Translations under genes and position numbers: made by a program
Notes under the pieces: model-generated
The model's input: only the letters and a program-made list of their open reading frames with translations
What the model was told of the DNA's origin: nothing
The model's database searches: none
Part shown: piece by piece, positions 1 to 9,000 of the stretch
Numbering within the stretch: the first letter of the stretch is position 1
How the letters are laid out: every line of letters starts with the position of its first letter
Assembly (NCBI GenBank): GCA_964403075.1
Contig: CAYOEV010000001.1
Coordinates: forward strand, 298,864 to 362,863
Origin: an uncultured Roseivirgaceae bacterium
Lineage (GTDB): Bacteria > Bacteroidota > Bacteroidia > Cytophagales > Cyclobacteriaceae
Reading direction: 5' to 3'
DNA length: 64,000 nucleotides

Positions 1-116
1 AAATTGCCCTCCCGTCTATCGGATTGGGAATCTTCGCTTCGAGGACGGAGGAGGCATTCAGGAAATTGACTCGATTGGCATACGCGTGCAGGAGCTGTCA
101 ACCTTAATAAGCCCGC

Positions 117-785
117 ATGTGGAGGTTTATCTTTAGTATCTTACTGAATGTAGTGGTGCTTGTGGTTCGATGCCAGGAGAATGTAGATGATTCGACGGCA
201 GCCATGTCTCCCTTGAACCTTTCCGAAGTGGTTTTACAAGCCAATCTGCTTCGTCCGGTGGAGGGACTGCTGAATTCTGAAAAAAATTCGTATGAGCTTC
301 GCGGTTATTGGTTGAAGAATCGTTGGTTGTTCATTGCCGAGGTAGGATGGGCAGCAACCGAACGAGGAAACCCAGTATTTTACCGCAGTGAAGGTGAATA
401 CTGGCGACTTGGTACAGCATACAATTTGGTCAAAAATCCTGATTTAAATAACGTGGTGGCACTTGGTTTAAACTATGCACGTACCGGATTTAATGATGAG
501 GTTACCTCCTCGCTCCGACAAGATTCACTTATCGTTGGCTCACTTGAGGTCCCCTTCGAAATAGGCAATAGTGGTGCGGGTGCGGGATGGTTTGAAATAA
601 CAGGGCATCTAATGACCACTATACAGGAAAGGTGGGTATTGGGTTACACGATACGTTACCAGATTTTTAGAAGACAAGACACCAACAGCCGAGTGGAGCC
701 TTTTGACTTGCCCGGATATGGAAAAACAGTGAGAGAAAATTCATTTTCCTTTGACTACTATTTGGGATGGAAACTCTTCAAATGA
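117..785 (+). CDS. hypothetical exported protein, possible small outer-membrane beta-barrel
   Basis: 222-aa ORF with a hydrophobic signal-like N-terminus (MWRFIFSILLNVVVLVVRC-QE). It has a beta-strand-like alternating pattern and an aromatic C-terminus (YYLGWKLFK). No family recognised by eye. Confidence 0.5.
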   Translation: MWRFIFSILLNVVVLVVRCQENVDDSTAAMSPLNLSEVVLQANLLRPVEGLLNSEKNSYELRGYWLKNRWLFIAEVGWAATERGNPVFYRSEGEYWRLGTAYNLVKNPDLNNVVALGLNYARTGFNDEVTSSLRQDSLIVGSLEVPFEIGNSGAGAGWFEITGHLMTTIQERWVLGYTIRYQIFRRQDTNSRVEPFDLPGYGKTVRENSFSFDYYLGWKLFK

Positions 786-1062
786 AGCGAATTTCTTCCA
801 ATTCCAGCGTAGGGTATTGCTCTCTTATACGTTCCTGGACACTGACCTTTGAGCGTGTCAATTCATCTTTAAGTGCAGCGGAGGTCAGTTCTACAAATAG
901 AGTGTTTTTCTGAAAAAACAGCTTTTTAGTTCTGGCAGCTATGGGTTTACCCATTGTTCGCTCCCAGTTTGCCATCAGTTGTCTCTGTTGGTATGAGCCG
1001 GACAGATTTTTTTCTTTTAGAAACTGTTTGAATGCGTTGTGAAATGAAGTGGTCTCACCCAT
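778..1062 (-). CDS. DUF721 / DciA-like protein
   Basis: 94-aa ORF immediately downstream of recF with an 8-nt overlap. Size, position and the W-x-x-x-x-G...A pattern (ANWERTMGKPIAARTKKLFFQKNTLFVELTSAALKDEL) are typical of DUF721. Confidence 0.7.
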   Translation of the reverse strand: MGETTSFHNAFKQFLKEKNLSGSYQQRQLMANWERTMGKPIAARTKKLFFQKNTLFVELTSAALKDELTRSKVSVQERIREQYPTLELEEIRFI

Positions 1063-2128
1063 GAGTTATTTTTCCATTATCTACCTCTACAAAATTGACT
1101 GAATCTTTCTGGAAATATTGTTTCATTCTGTTTTTTCTCGCTTCAGTAATAAAAACTTGTTCAAATCTATCTGTCTGAAGCAATTCCAATAAGTGGCTCA
1201 CACGCTGATCATCTAATTTATCAAGGACGTCATCTAAAAGTAAAATGGGGCGTTGATTGAGTTTTTCCCATAGCAGGTCATATTGTGCCAAATGAATGCT
1301 GAGAATGAAAGTCTTCTGTTGTCCTTGGGATCCAAAGTGGCGAATGGCTTCTCCGGAGAGATCAAGATGGAAGTTATCTCTATGGCAACCTAAAGAAGAG
1401 TGCTGAAGGATTTTATCTTTTTCCCGCTGCCTTCTAAACTGGTCTTCAAAATCCGGATTCAGCGCTGAACTCTCAAAGCGAATAGAAGGGGTTTCACCGG
1501 GATGAAACAAACGGTAGTTGGCCTCAAAAAATGGACGGAAATTTTCCATTAGTGTGTTGCGATCCGTAGATATGTTTTTACTTAAACGGATCATTTGTGT
1601 ATCGTATGCGTCCAGCAGTAAATCGTCTACCCGGCTGGATTTTAACAATTCATTTCTTTGTTTCAAAACGGATTGGTATTCGAGCAAAGATGGCAGGAAG
1701 TTGGGATTGAGTTGAGTAAGCAGTTGGTCAAATAGCTTTCTTCTTACCTCACTTCCCTCTCGGATAATTTGGGTGTCCCCTGGGCCGGTGAAAACAACTG
1801 GAATTCGACCCAGTAATTCACTTCTTTTGTATATATTCTCATCATTCCAACGAATGGTTTTTCCTTTTTTAAGTTGGTAGCTACAGGCTACCCGCATGTC
1901 TTCAGGAAGAAGACCAAAAAGCAGGAATTCATCAGTACCAAATTGTACGCAGTGCCGGTCAATATGTGTAAGCGGACTTTTCGCGGTGGCCAAAAAACAT
2001 AATGCCTCAATCAGGTTGGTTTTTCCTTGACCATTGTCACCAACAACACAATTAATGCCCTTATGCAATGTTAGGCGCAATTGGGCATAGTTACGAAAAT
2101 GGGTAAGTTGAACTTCCTTGAAGTGCAT
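1055..2128 (-). CDS. recF: DNA replication/repair protein RecF
   Basis: N-terminus MHFKEVQLTHFRNY with Walker A GDNGQGKTN. C-terminal LLLDDVLDKLD Walker B/D-loop region. 357 aa. Confidence 0.93.
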   Translation of the reverse strand: MHFKEVQLTHFRNYAQLRLTLHKGINCVVGDNGQGKTNLIEALCFLATAKSPLTHIDRHCVQFGTDEFLLFGLLPEDMRVACSYQLKKGKTIRWNDENIYKRSELLGRIPVVFTGPGDTQIIREGSEVRRKLFDQLLTQLNPNFLPSLLEYQSVLKQRNELLKSSRVDDLLLDAYDTQMIRLSKNISTDRNTLMENFRPFFEANYRLFHPGETPSIRFESSALNPDFEDQFRRQREKDKILQHSSLGCHRDNFHLDLSGEAIRHFGSQGQQKTFILSIHLAQYDLLWEKLNQRPILLLDDVLDKLDDQRVSHLLELLQTDRFEQVFITEARKNRMKQYFQKDSVNFVEVDNGKITHG

Positions 2129-2192
2129 GTTTTGATGCCGGTGGTTTTCAGGTTATTTTCGCAAACCTTAGGTTAAATCTAAATGCAAGACC

Positions 2193-3224
2193 ATGTCTAA
2201 TACCCAAACCACAGCTAAAAAGTCCAGTACTAAAAAACCAGCTTTCTCGAAGGAAACCTATTTGACATGGTTTGAGTCTATGAGTCTGATGCGACGTTTC
2301 GAGGAAAAAGCCGGACAATTGTATGGTCAACAAAAGATTCGAGGGTTTTGTCACCTGTACATAGGTCAGGAGGCTTGCGTGGCCGGGGCAGTATCAGCAC
2401 TTGAAGAAGGAGATAAATACATTACAGCATACCGCGACCATGCCCATCCCATAGGCTTAGGTTCGGATCCGAACCTAGTAATGGCAGAGCTGTACGGAAA
2501 AGCCACCGGCATATCAAAAGGAAAAGGCGGATCGATGCACATGTTCGATAAAGAACGACATTTTTTTGGAGGTCATGGTATTGTTGGCGGCCAGATTCCT
2601 TTAGGAGCAGGAATCGGATTTGCTGAAAAATATAAAAAAACAGGAAAATTGTGCATCTGTTACATGGGTGATGGGGCTGTTCGACAAGGTGCATTTCATG
2701 AGTCGCTCAATATAGCCATGACCATGAAGTTGCCTACAATTTTCGTTATTGAAAATAATGGTTATGCCATGGGCACATCGGTAGAGAGAACCTCCAATGT
2801 GACAGACCTGCACACGTTGGGGGAATCCTATGATATGCCTTCAGCAGGTGTGGATGCCATGCAGGTGGAGAAAGTACACGAGGCGGTTGCTGCGGCGGCA
2901 GTCAGAGCACGTAAAGGGGATGGCCCTACCCTTTTAGAATTTCGTACCTATCGTTTTAAAGGGCACTCAATGTCAGATCCGGCAAAGTACAGGACCCGGG
3001 AAGAAGTAGAGGAATACAAGCAGAAGGATCCCATCGAACAGGTCAAACAGCACATATTAAAAAATAAATATGCGACGGCCGATGAATTGAAATCCATTGA
3101 TCAATTGGCCAAAGAGCGCGTGCAGGCAGCGGTAGATTTCGCGGAGCAATCTGATTTTCCTGATCCAAATGAGGCCTATCACGACGTTTATGCGGATAAG
3201 AATTATCCTTTTATTGAAGACTGA
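2193..3224 (+). CDS. pdhA: pyruvate dehydrogenase (acetyl-transferring) E1 component, alpha subunit
   Basis: 343 aa with a TPP-binding region (YMGDGAVRQGAFHESLNIA, VIENNGYAMGT) and the phospho-loop-like YRFKGHSMSDP. No E1-beta gene is adjacent. Confidence 0.9.
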   Translation: MSNTQTTAKKSSTKKPAFSKETYLTWFESMSLMRRFEEKAGQLYGQQKIRGFCHLYIGQEACVAGAVSALEEGDKYITAYRDHAHPIGLGSDPNLVMAELYGKATGISKGKGGSMHMFDKERHFFGGHGIVGGQIPLGAGIGFAEKYKKTGKLCICYMGDGAVRQGAFHESLNIAMTMKLPTIFVIENNGYAMGTSVERTSNVTDLHTLGESYDMPSAGVDAMQVEKVHEAVAAAAVRARKGDGPTLLEFRTYRFKGHSMSDPAKYRTREEVEEYKQKDPIEQVKQHILKNKYATADELKSIDQLAKERVQAAVDFAEQSDFPDPNEAYHDVYADKNYPFIED

Positions 3225-3244
3225 TAAGAATAGAACTAAAATTC

Positions 3245-3252
3245 TATCTTTG
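3245..3252 (+). promoter_or_regulatory. candidate Bacteroidota sigma-A -7 box (TATCTTTG)
   Basis: Exact match to TAnnTTTG, 22 nt upstream of the ATG at 3274, within the 49-nt pdhA-TPR spacer. Confidence 0.35.
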
Positions 3253-3273
3253 CCAGCTGGAAAATTTCTTTAA

Positions 3274-3969
3274 ATGGCTAAGTCAACAAAATTGCCGGAA
3301 CATAACGTGCTTGAGGATTCAAATGCGATAGTATCCAAAACGGAGGCATTCCTAAAGGATAAGCGGAATAGAAATATTACCACAATAGTTGCGGGAGTCC
3401 TCTTATTGGGCGTGGTGGCATTATTTTTTTATCGGTCTCATCAGGCCAATCAGAATCAGGAAGCTTATGAAGAAATGTTCCAAGCTGAAAATTATTTCCA
3501 AAGCGACAGTCTGAGTCTTGCCCTCAATGGAGATGGCTTGCAGTATGGGTTTTTGGATATAATTGCTGAATATTCTGGAACGGAGGCGGCTAACCTGGCC
3601 AATTTTTATGCGGGTGCTTGCTACTTAAAATTGGGTGATTTCACCTCCGCAATCCGATACTTTGATGCATTTCGATCCAGTGATTTCATTCTTCAGGCCA
3701 GAGCCTATGCGCTGATAGGGGATGCCAATATGGAACTAGAAAAGTATGAAGACGCCATCTCTGCTTACGAAGATGCCGTTGATTACAAACCAAATAAAGC
3801 ATTTACTCCGGTTTATGTCGAGAAACTTGCAATAGCGCAGGAGAATGCCGGGGATTTGGAAGGGGCTATCGAAAGCTACGAGGAAATCATCCAAACTTAC
3901 AGAGATGATCCTACTCGTTTGAATGCGGCCAAGAGAAATAAAGCCCGACTGGAAGCTTTGATCAACTAA
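3274..3969 (+). CDS. membrane-anchored tetratricopeptide-repeat protein (YfgM-like architecture)
   Basis: 231 aa with one N-terminal TM helix (ITTIVAGVLLLGVVALFFY) followed by TPR-like helical repeats. Its stop abuts the ribH start (ATG at 3969). Confidence 0.7.
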   Translation: MAKSTKLPEHNVLEDSNAIVSKTEAFLKDKRNRNITTIVAGVLLLGVVALFFYRSHQANQNQEAYEEMFQAENYFQSDSLSLALNGDGLQYGFLDIIAEYSGTEAANLANFYAGACYLKLGDFTSAIRYFDAFRSSDFILQARAYALIGDANMELEKYEDAISAYEDAVDYKPNKAFTPVYVEKLAIAQENAGDLEGAIESYEEIIQTYRDDPTRLNAAKRNKARLEALIN

Positions 3970-4454
3970 TGTCTTCTAAAGATCATTCTCTATCGACTAA
4001 AACACATGTGCTTTTAGATGCGGAGCATTTGCGAATAGCGGTGGTAGTTGCTGCATGGAATGACGCAATTACCAATTCGCTGTATTCCGGAACTTTGGCC
4101 ACTTTGCTTGCATCAGGGGTAAAAAAAGATCATATCGTCTATCGGCGGGTACCAGGGGCTTTTGAGTTACCGTTGATGGCCCAGTGGATGGCGGAGCAAG
4201 CATCGATCGATGCGGTCATTTGCCTGGGTTGTATCATTCAGGGAGACACGCCTCATTTTGACTTTATCAGTAAGTCAACCGCGCAAGGCATCATGGATGT
4301 GACACTTAAGTATGGTAAACCTGTTGTTTTTGGAGTCCTTACCACCCTTACGATGAAGCAAGCAGAAGAACGGGCAGGGGGAAAGCATGGTAATAAAGGT
4401 GACGAAGCGGCCGTTACCGCGCTCGAAATGCTCAAGGCCCGTCAGACCCAGTAA
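3969..4454 (+). CDS. ribH: 6,7-dimethyl-8-ribityllumazine synthase
   Basis: 161 aa with family-typical segments RIAVVVAAWND, VPGAFELP and HFDFISK. Confidence 0.92.
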   Translation: MSSKDHSLSTKTHVLLDAEHLRIAVVVAAWNDAITNSLYSGTLATLLASGVKKDHIVYRRVPGAFELPLMAQWMAEQASIDAVICLGCIIQGDTPHFDFISKSTAQGIMDVTLKYGKPVVFGVLTTLTMKQAEERAGGKHGNKGDEAAVTALEMLKARQTQ

Positions 4455-5935
4455 AAGAATAGCAGCCAGATAACTACAAGAAGGGGAATTAGAAAGGGAA
4501 CGGAAAAGCGAATCATGTAGCCAAAAAACGAAGGCATTTTAATACCCACTTGCTCAGCAATTGATTTAACCATAAAGTTGGGCCCGTTGCCAATGTAGGT
4601 CATCGCTCCAAAGAAAACGGCAGAGACAGAGATCGACTTCAAAAAAATAATTGAGTTAGGCATTTCTCCAGCAGCAAAGTTGCGAACGTTTTCAAGATTG
4701 TTAATATCTGCCCCGGCAGAAGCCATGGCGGCGGTAAGAAAATTGATATAAGTGGGCGCATTATCTAAAAAACCAGAAAGTAATCCGGTGCCCCAATAGA
4801 GTGTGTTTTCCGATATCAGTTGCGTTCCTTGAGCTGACTGGGCAAAATTTCCTACCAACTCAAGTGCGGGCATCATGGTGCCAAATATGCCAATAAAAAT
4901 AAAGGCTACCTCGCGTATCGGCTCAAAGCTGAATTCATTTCCGCTCAGTGCCTGTTTGTCGGCCATACGGAAGGAGAGGTAAGCGGCACTCAGCATGATG
5001 CACTCTCGCATGAATGAAAAAGTCTGACCCTCATAGGTAATGCCTGGAACCCAACTAAAGATGTTTGGATCCAGAAATACGGATGCCACAATGACTGCCA
5101 GCCAGACAAAATTGCGCGTTCCCCGAATGGAGATCTTTCCAGTAGGATTCACTTCATCTTCCTCATCGATAAATTGATAACCTTTATTTTTTTTGTCGAG
5201 CACATAAAACATGGTCAATAAAATAGTTACGGCAGTGAGCCATGGTATCCAATTATGGACCAATGTCCACTCGAAGGGTATTCCTTTAAGGAATCCAAGA
5301 AAGAGCGGTGGATCACCAATCGGCGTCAATGCACCTCCAATATTGCTAACTAGGAAAATAAAGAAAATAATGTGATAGGCCCGGATCCTGTTTTTATTTA
5401 ACCTAATAAAAGGCCGGATGAGCAACATAGATGCGCCGGTGGTTCCAATAATGTTGGCGGTGACTGCGCCAATGGCGAGTAAAACCAAGTTGGTTCTTGG
5501 TTTTGCTGCTTTGTCTACAATGATCATAATACCGCCAGAGGCAACGTAAAGACCCGTCAATAGGGCGATGAATTGAAAATATTCGAACATGGCATGGACG
5601 GGTCCATGTTGGTTGCCCAAGACAAATAGGTAATAGCAAACAATCAAAACAGCCAGTACAATCGCAATAATCGGGTAGTTTTTATGCCAGAAGTGTTCAT
5701 AAAAGAGGGGACCCGTTGCAATCATTAAAAGCAATAGTGCAAACGGTATCACGCTCCATCCGGCTGGGGTAGGGCTATGACCATTACCATGGTTATCCCC
5801 ATGAGATGAGCCATCATTCAATTGTGAAATCTCTGTTTGTGCTTTTGGAGGCACGTCATGGGTATTCTGCGCATGGCCCAAAGTGCTAGTGATAAAAATG
5901 AAGCAGAGGATCGTTAATCTTAGGTACAAGTTCAT
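4442..5935 (-). CDS. ArsB/NhaD-superfamily ion permease (putative Na+/H+ antiporter-like)
   Basis: Polytopic membrane protein with many hydrophobic helices. The ORF track starts at 5977; I prefer the ATG at 5935, which gives the signal-like start MNLYLRLTILCFIFITSTLGHAQ. A His/Gly-rich segment follows. Confidence 0.7.
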   Translation of the reverse strand: MNLYLRLTILCFIFITSTLGHAQNTHDVPPKAQTEISQLNDGSSHGDNHGNGHSPTPAGWSVIPFALLLLMIATGPLFYEHFWHKNYPIIAIVLAVLIVCYYLFVLGNQHGPVHAMFEYFQFIALLTGLYVASGGIMIIVDKAAKPRTNLVLLAIGAVTANIIGTTGASMLLIRPFIRLNKNRIRAYHIIFFIFLVSNIGGALTPIGDPPLFLGFLKGIPFEWTLVHNWIPWLTAVTILLTMFYVLDKKNKGYQFIDEEDEVNPTGKISIRGTRNFVWLAVIVASVFLDPNIFSWVPGITYEGQTFSFMRECIMLSAAYLSFRMADKQALSGNEFSFEPIREVAFIFIGIFGTMMPALELVGNFAQSAQGTQLISENTLYWGTGLLSGFLDNAPTYINFLTAAMASAGADINNLENVRNFAAGEMPNSIIFLKSISVSAVFFGAMTYIGNGPNFMVKSIAEQVGIKMPSFFGYMIRFSVPFLIPLLVVIWLLFFYWV

Positions 5936-5981
5936 GCGGACAGTTACAATATGGTGATTGTTATAAAAATTGTACAATCAT

Positions 5982-7214
5982 TTAAAGCAGTTCGGACAAC
6001 GCCTTGGACAATGCACTAGACGCGAGATGGGTACGCTCAGGACTTCGTTCATGAACAGCTACAAGTGCTTGCTTAATGGTTTCAGAGATATCTTCAAATA
6101 TACTTGCATCAGTAACTTGCTCATTGTTGAGTGGGTTCATTAAAAATGCGAAAGTGCGAGCCATGCCGCAGTTGGCTATAAAATCTACCAAAAGGGACAC
6201 ATGCTGATCCACGTATTCCGCGATGGGTCCGTAAAATATTTCCTGATCACTGAAAGGGACATTTGCGCCACAGGACACCACTTCCAATCCATTCTCGATC
6301 AGCTGTTCTGCCTGAGGACGCGATACGATGCGGGATGCAGCACAGGGAGCAAATATTTCTGCGCCTTGGGACCAGATGGTTTCATTACATGCTTTAAATG
6401 GTATCAGATTATCGGCTACCAGTTGATTTCCTTTTCGGTCATGAAAAAGCTTTTTGATTTCGGCAAGGCCAATCCCTTCTTCGAATAGCAGTCCGCCTTG
6501 TTTATCAATGATTCCAACAATTTTTACGCCATATTTTGCCAAATAGAGAGCTGCTGTGGCGCCTACATTTCCCCAACCCTGGATGATGGCTTTTTTACTT
6601 GTAATATCACCTCCCCAGATTTGGTAATAGTGGCGAATGGCTTCAGCCACACCAAATCCGGTGATCATGTCTGCGATGGTGTACTTCTTATTAGAGTTGG
6701 GCGTGTAGTTGTAATCTTCAATAACTTTAGAAACCCCCTGACGCAAACGTCCAAGAATATGGATTTTCTGGGGTCTGGTAGGTTGAAAATGACCTGTGAC
6801 AATGCCTTCTTGTGGATGCCATAACCCAAAATCTTCTGTGATGGGTATCACTTCGTGGATTTCATCGACGTTCATATCACCTCCGGTACCGTAATAGTTT
6901 CGTAAAATGGGAGAAACGGCCCGATACCATCTACGAAGTACGTCTCCTTTCCGGGGGTCCTGTGGATCAAAATTGATGCCCGATTTAGCACCTCCAATGG
7001 GTGGCCCGGAAACAGTGAATTTTATCTCCATTGTTTTGGCCAGTGACTCGACTTCCCGGCAATCCAAACCTTTTCGCATGCGCGTGCCACCGCCAGCCGC
7101 ACCACCTCTCAAAGAGTTAATCACTACCCAACCTTCCGCGTCTGTTTCGGAATCTGACCATTCAAACACTATTTCCGGGCGACGGGCTTCAAATTTTTTT
7201 AGTAGATCTTTCAT
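5982..7214 (-). CDS. Glu/Leu/Phe/Val-family amino-acid dehydrogenase
   Basis: 410 aa with the catalytic Gly-rich region GGAAGGGTRM...GGAKSG and the Rossmann segment IQGWGNVGA. Confidence 0.85.
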   Translation of the reverse strand: MKDLLKKFEARRPEIVFEWSDSETDAEGWVVINSLRGGAAGGGTRMRKGLDCREVESLAKTMEIKFTVSGPPIGGAKSGINFDPQDPRKGDVLRRWYRAVSPILRNYYGTGGDMNVDEIHEVIPITEDFGLWHPQEGIVTGHFQPTRPQKIHILGRLRQGVSKVIEDYNYTPNSNKKYTIADMITGFGVAEAIRHYYQIWGGDITSKKAIIQGWGNVGATAALYLAKYGVKIVGIIDKQGGLLFEEGIGLAEIKKLFHDRKGNQLVADNLIPFKACNETIWSQGAEIFAPCAASRIVSRPQAEQLIENGLEVVSCGANVPFSDQEIFYGPIAEYVDQHVSLLVDFIANCGMARTFAFLMNPLNNEQVTDASIFEDISETIKQALVAVHERSPERTHLASSALSKALSELL

Positions 7215-7249
7215 AGGTAGGTGTTGTACACTTGGTTAAAATTAGTAGA

Positions 7250-8290
7250 TCAAGAATGAATGTGGATGAGACCGGCTATAGAATCCTTTTTAGCACCGGT
7301 AGACGTTGACAACACATTTGGTATGTTTAATAGTCGGCAAATGGCAAGAAAGGCAAAAATGATGGCCTCCTTGTAGTTTATCGATGTTTTGTCTGGTATA
7401 AGTAAAGAGGCGCCAACGAGTCGTTGCTCCAGATTGTCAATTAGATGTTTATTGTAAGCACCTCCACCCGTGACGAGGACTTCGCCTTTATCGGGCCAGT
7501 AGGGTTGCAGGTTATGAACAAGTAGTTCGATTAAGGTTTTCATGGCATTTGCAGGATGGGTTGACAGGTTCAAGAAGTGTTGCCTGACCCATTGATTGTC
7601 CATCGATTTAGGAAATGGGAGTGAGAAGAAGGGTAGCTGTTGCCATTGTCGCAATAATTCTATGTTTACGGTCCCCTGGATGGAATATTTGCCCTCGTCA
7701 TCAAAGGGTTGGCCCAGATTCCGTGCATAGTGATTCAATACCTGATTACACGGGCAAATGTCGCCTGCCATCCAATCTTCGGTACGGGTAAGGTTGGCAA
7801 TACCGCCTAGATTGAGATAACCAGTAAATCCGGGGAAAAGGTGCTTTTCACCAAATGGGACCAAAGGGGCGCCCTGGCCGCCCAATGCCAAATCTGCCGT
7901 GCGAAAGTCTGTCACAGTGGGAGTAGTTGTTGCTACATTTATTTGCGCGCCGTGTCCCAGCTGGAATGAATAGCCATGTTCGGGTGCATGAGTTATTGTG
8001 GGTCCGTGATAGCCAATGACATCCACAGGGCCCCAATTCAACCGATTGATTTCAGTCCCGATCCAATTTCCCAAACGGGCGTTGGCGCTCATTATTTCCC
8101 TGAAACTAGGATTTTCTGCCAACACAATGCTGCAGAAAGTTTCATTTAAAGGAATGCTTTCGGTGCGCAAGCATTGCCATTTCCAACGACCATTTGCTGT
8201 GGAAAATTGGCAGAGGGCGAGATCTATCGCGTCTAGCGAAGAGCCGCACATAATGCCTATGGCCATATATTTGGAATATTGATTCATCAT
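7250..8290 (-). CDS. anmK: anhydro-N-acetylmuramic acid kinase
   Basis: N-terminal GIMCGSSLDAIDLAL and LGGIAN motifs typical of AnmK. The real start may be the internal ATG at 8266 (MAIGIMCG...). Confidence 0.85.
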   Translation of the reverse strand: MMNQYSKYMAIGIMCGSSLDAIDLALCQFSTANGRWKWQCLRTESIPLNETFCSIVLAENPSFREIMSANARLGNWIGTEINRLNWGPVDVIGYHGPTITHAPEHGYSFQLGHGAQINVATTTPTVTDFRTADLALGGQGAPLVPFGEKHLFPGFTGYLNLGGIANLTRTEDWMAGDICPCNQVLNHYARNLGQPFDDEGKYSIQGTVNIELLRQWQQLPFFSLPFPKSMDNQWVRQHFLNLSTHPANAMKTLIELLVHNLQPYWPDKGEVLVTGGGAYNKHLIDNLEQRLVGASLLIPDKTSINYKEAIIFAFLAICRLLNIPNVLSTSTGAKKDSIAGLIHIHS

Positions 8291-8292
8291 GT

Positions 8293-9000
8293 ATGATTGT
8301 TGGCGTAGATATCGGAAACACCAAAATTAAGGCTGCAGCTTTTAGCCATGATAAAATTGGTGCAATACATCAATTCGACGGCTTGCATCAGGTTTGCGCA
8401 CATTGGCCGGCACATGACTTATGGATTTGTTCTGTAGGCATGCGGCAGCCGGAAGTTGCGCGGGTGACGGATCGATTTCATTGGTTAAGCGCGAATACTG
8501 CCTTACCACTCCAATTGAATTACGATACGCCGGAATCTTTGGGGGCAGATCGCATTGCCCTGGCCGTTGGTGCCAGGACTTTAATGCACAATCCCACTGT
8601 GCTTGTGATAGACATCGGAACCTGTGTGACCTACGATCTTATTCATTACGAACAATACTTGGGTGGTGCCATTACCCCGGGAGTGGACATGCGATTGGCA
8701 GGCATGCATACCGGGACCCGTGGGTTGCCCGATTTACGTCCGCTGGACATGAATTCAAAAATTGAATTGCCCGGCAAATCCACAAAATCTTGTATGCAAT
8801 CCGGAGTAGTCGCAGGTTTGCAATACGAAATGCAAGGTTTTATAACGAATTTTAACAAACAATACGGCCCCCTGGAGGTACTGTTGACTGGAGGTTTGGC
8901 TTCTTACTTTGAATCCAAAATAAAAGCATACACCTTTGCAAGCTCAAAAATTGTGCTCACAGGATTACATGGTATCTGGAGGTTTAATGAAGGGCTTTAG
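8293..9000 (+). CDS. coaX: type III pantothenate kinase
   Basis: Starts MIVGVDIGNTKIK. Contains LGADR, VIDIGTCVTYD and C-terminal LTGG motifs. 235 aa. Confidence 0.9.
   Translation: MIVGVDIGNTKIKAAAFSHDKIGAIHQFDGLHQVCAHWPAHDLWICSVGMRQPEVARVTDRFHWLSANTALPLQLNYDTPESLGADRIALAVGARTLMHNPTVLVIDIGTCVTYDLIHYEQYLGGAITPGVDMRLAGMHTGTRGLPDLRPLDMNSKIELPGKSTKSCMQSGVVAGLQYEMQGFITNFNKQYGPLEVLLTGGLASYFESKIKAYTFASSKIVLTGLHGIWRFNEGL

Noticed and set aside
1-136. Partial 3' end of an upstream plus-strand gene at the window edge
   Set aside because: Two plus-strand frames are open to position 1: frame 2 stops at 134-136 and frame 3 stops at 105-107. With fewer than 45 codons and no recognisable motif, I cannot decide which frame, if either, is coding.
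3226-3250. AT-rich hairpin (ATAGAA-N6-TTCTAT) after pdhA as an intrinsic terminator
   Set aside because: It has only a 6-bp all-A/T stem, lacks a proper U-tract and overlaps the candidate -7 box for the next gene. It is too weak to call.
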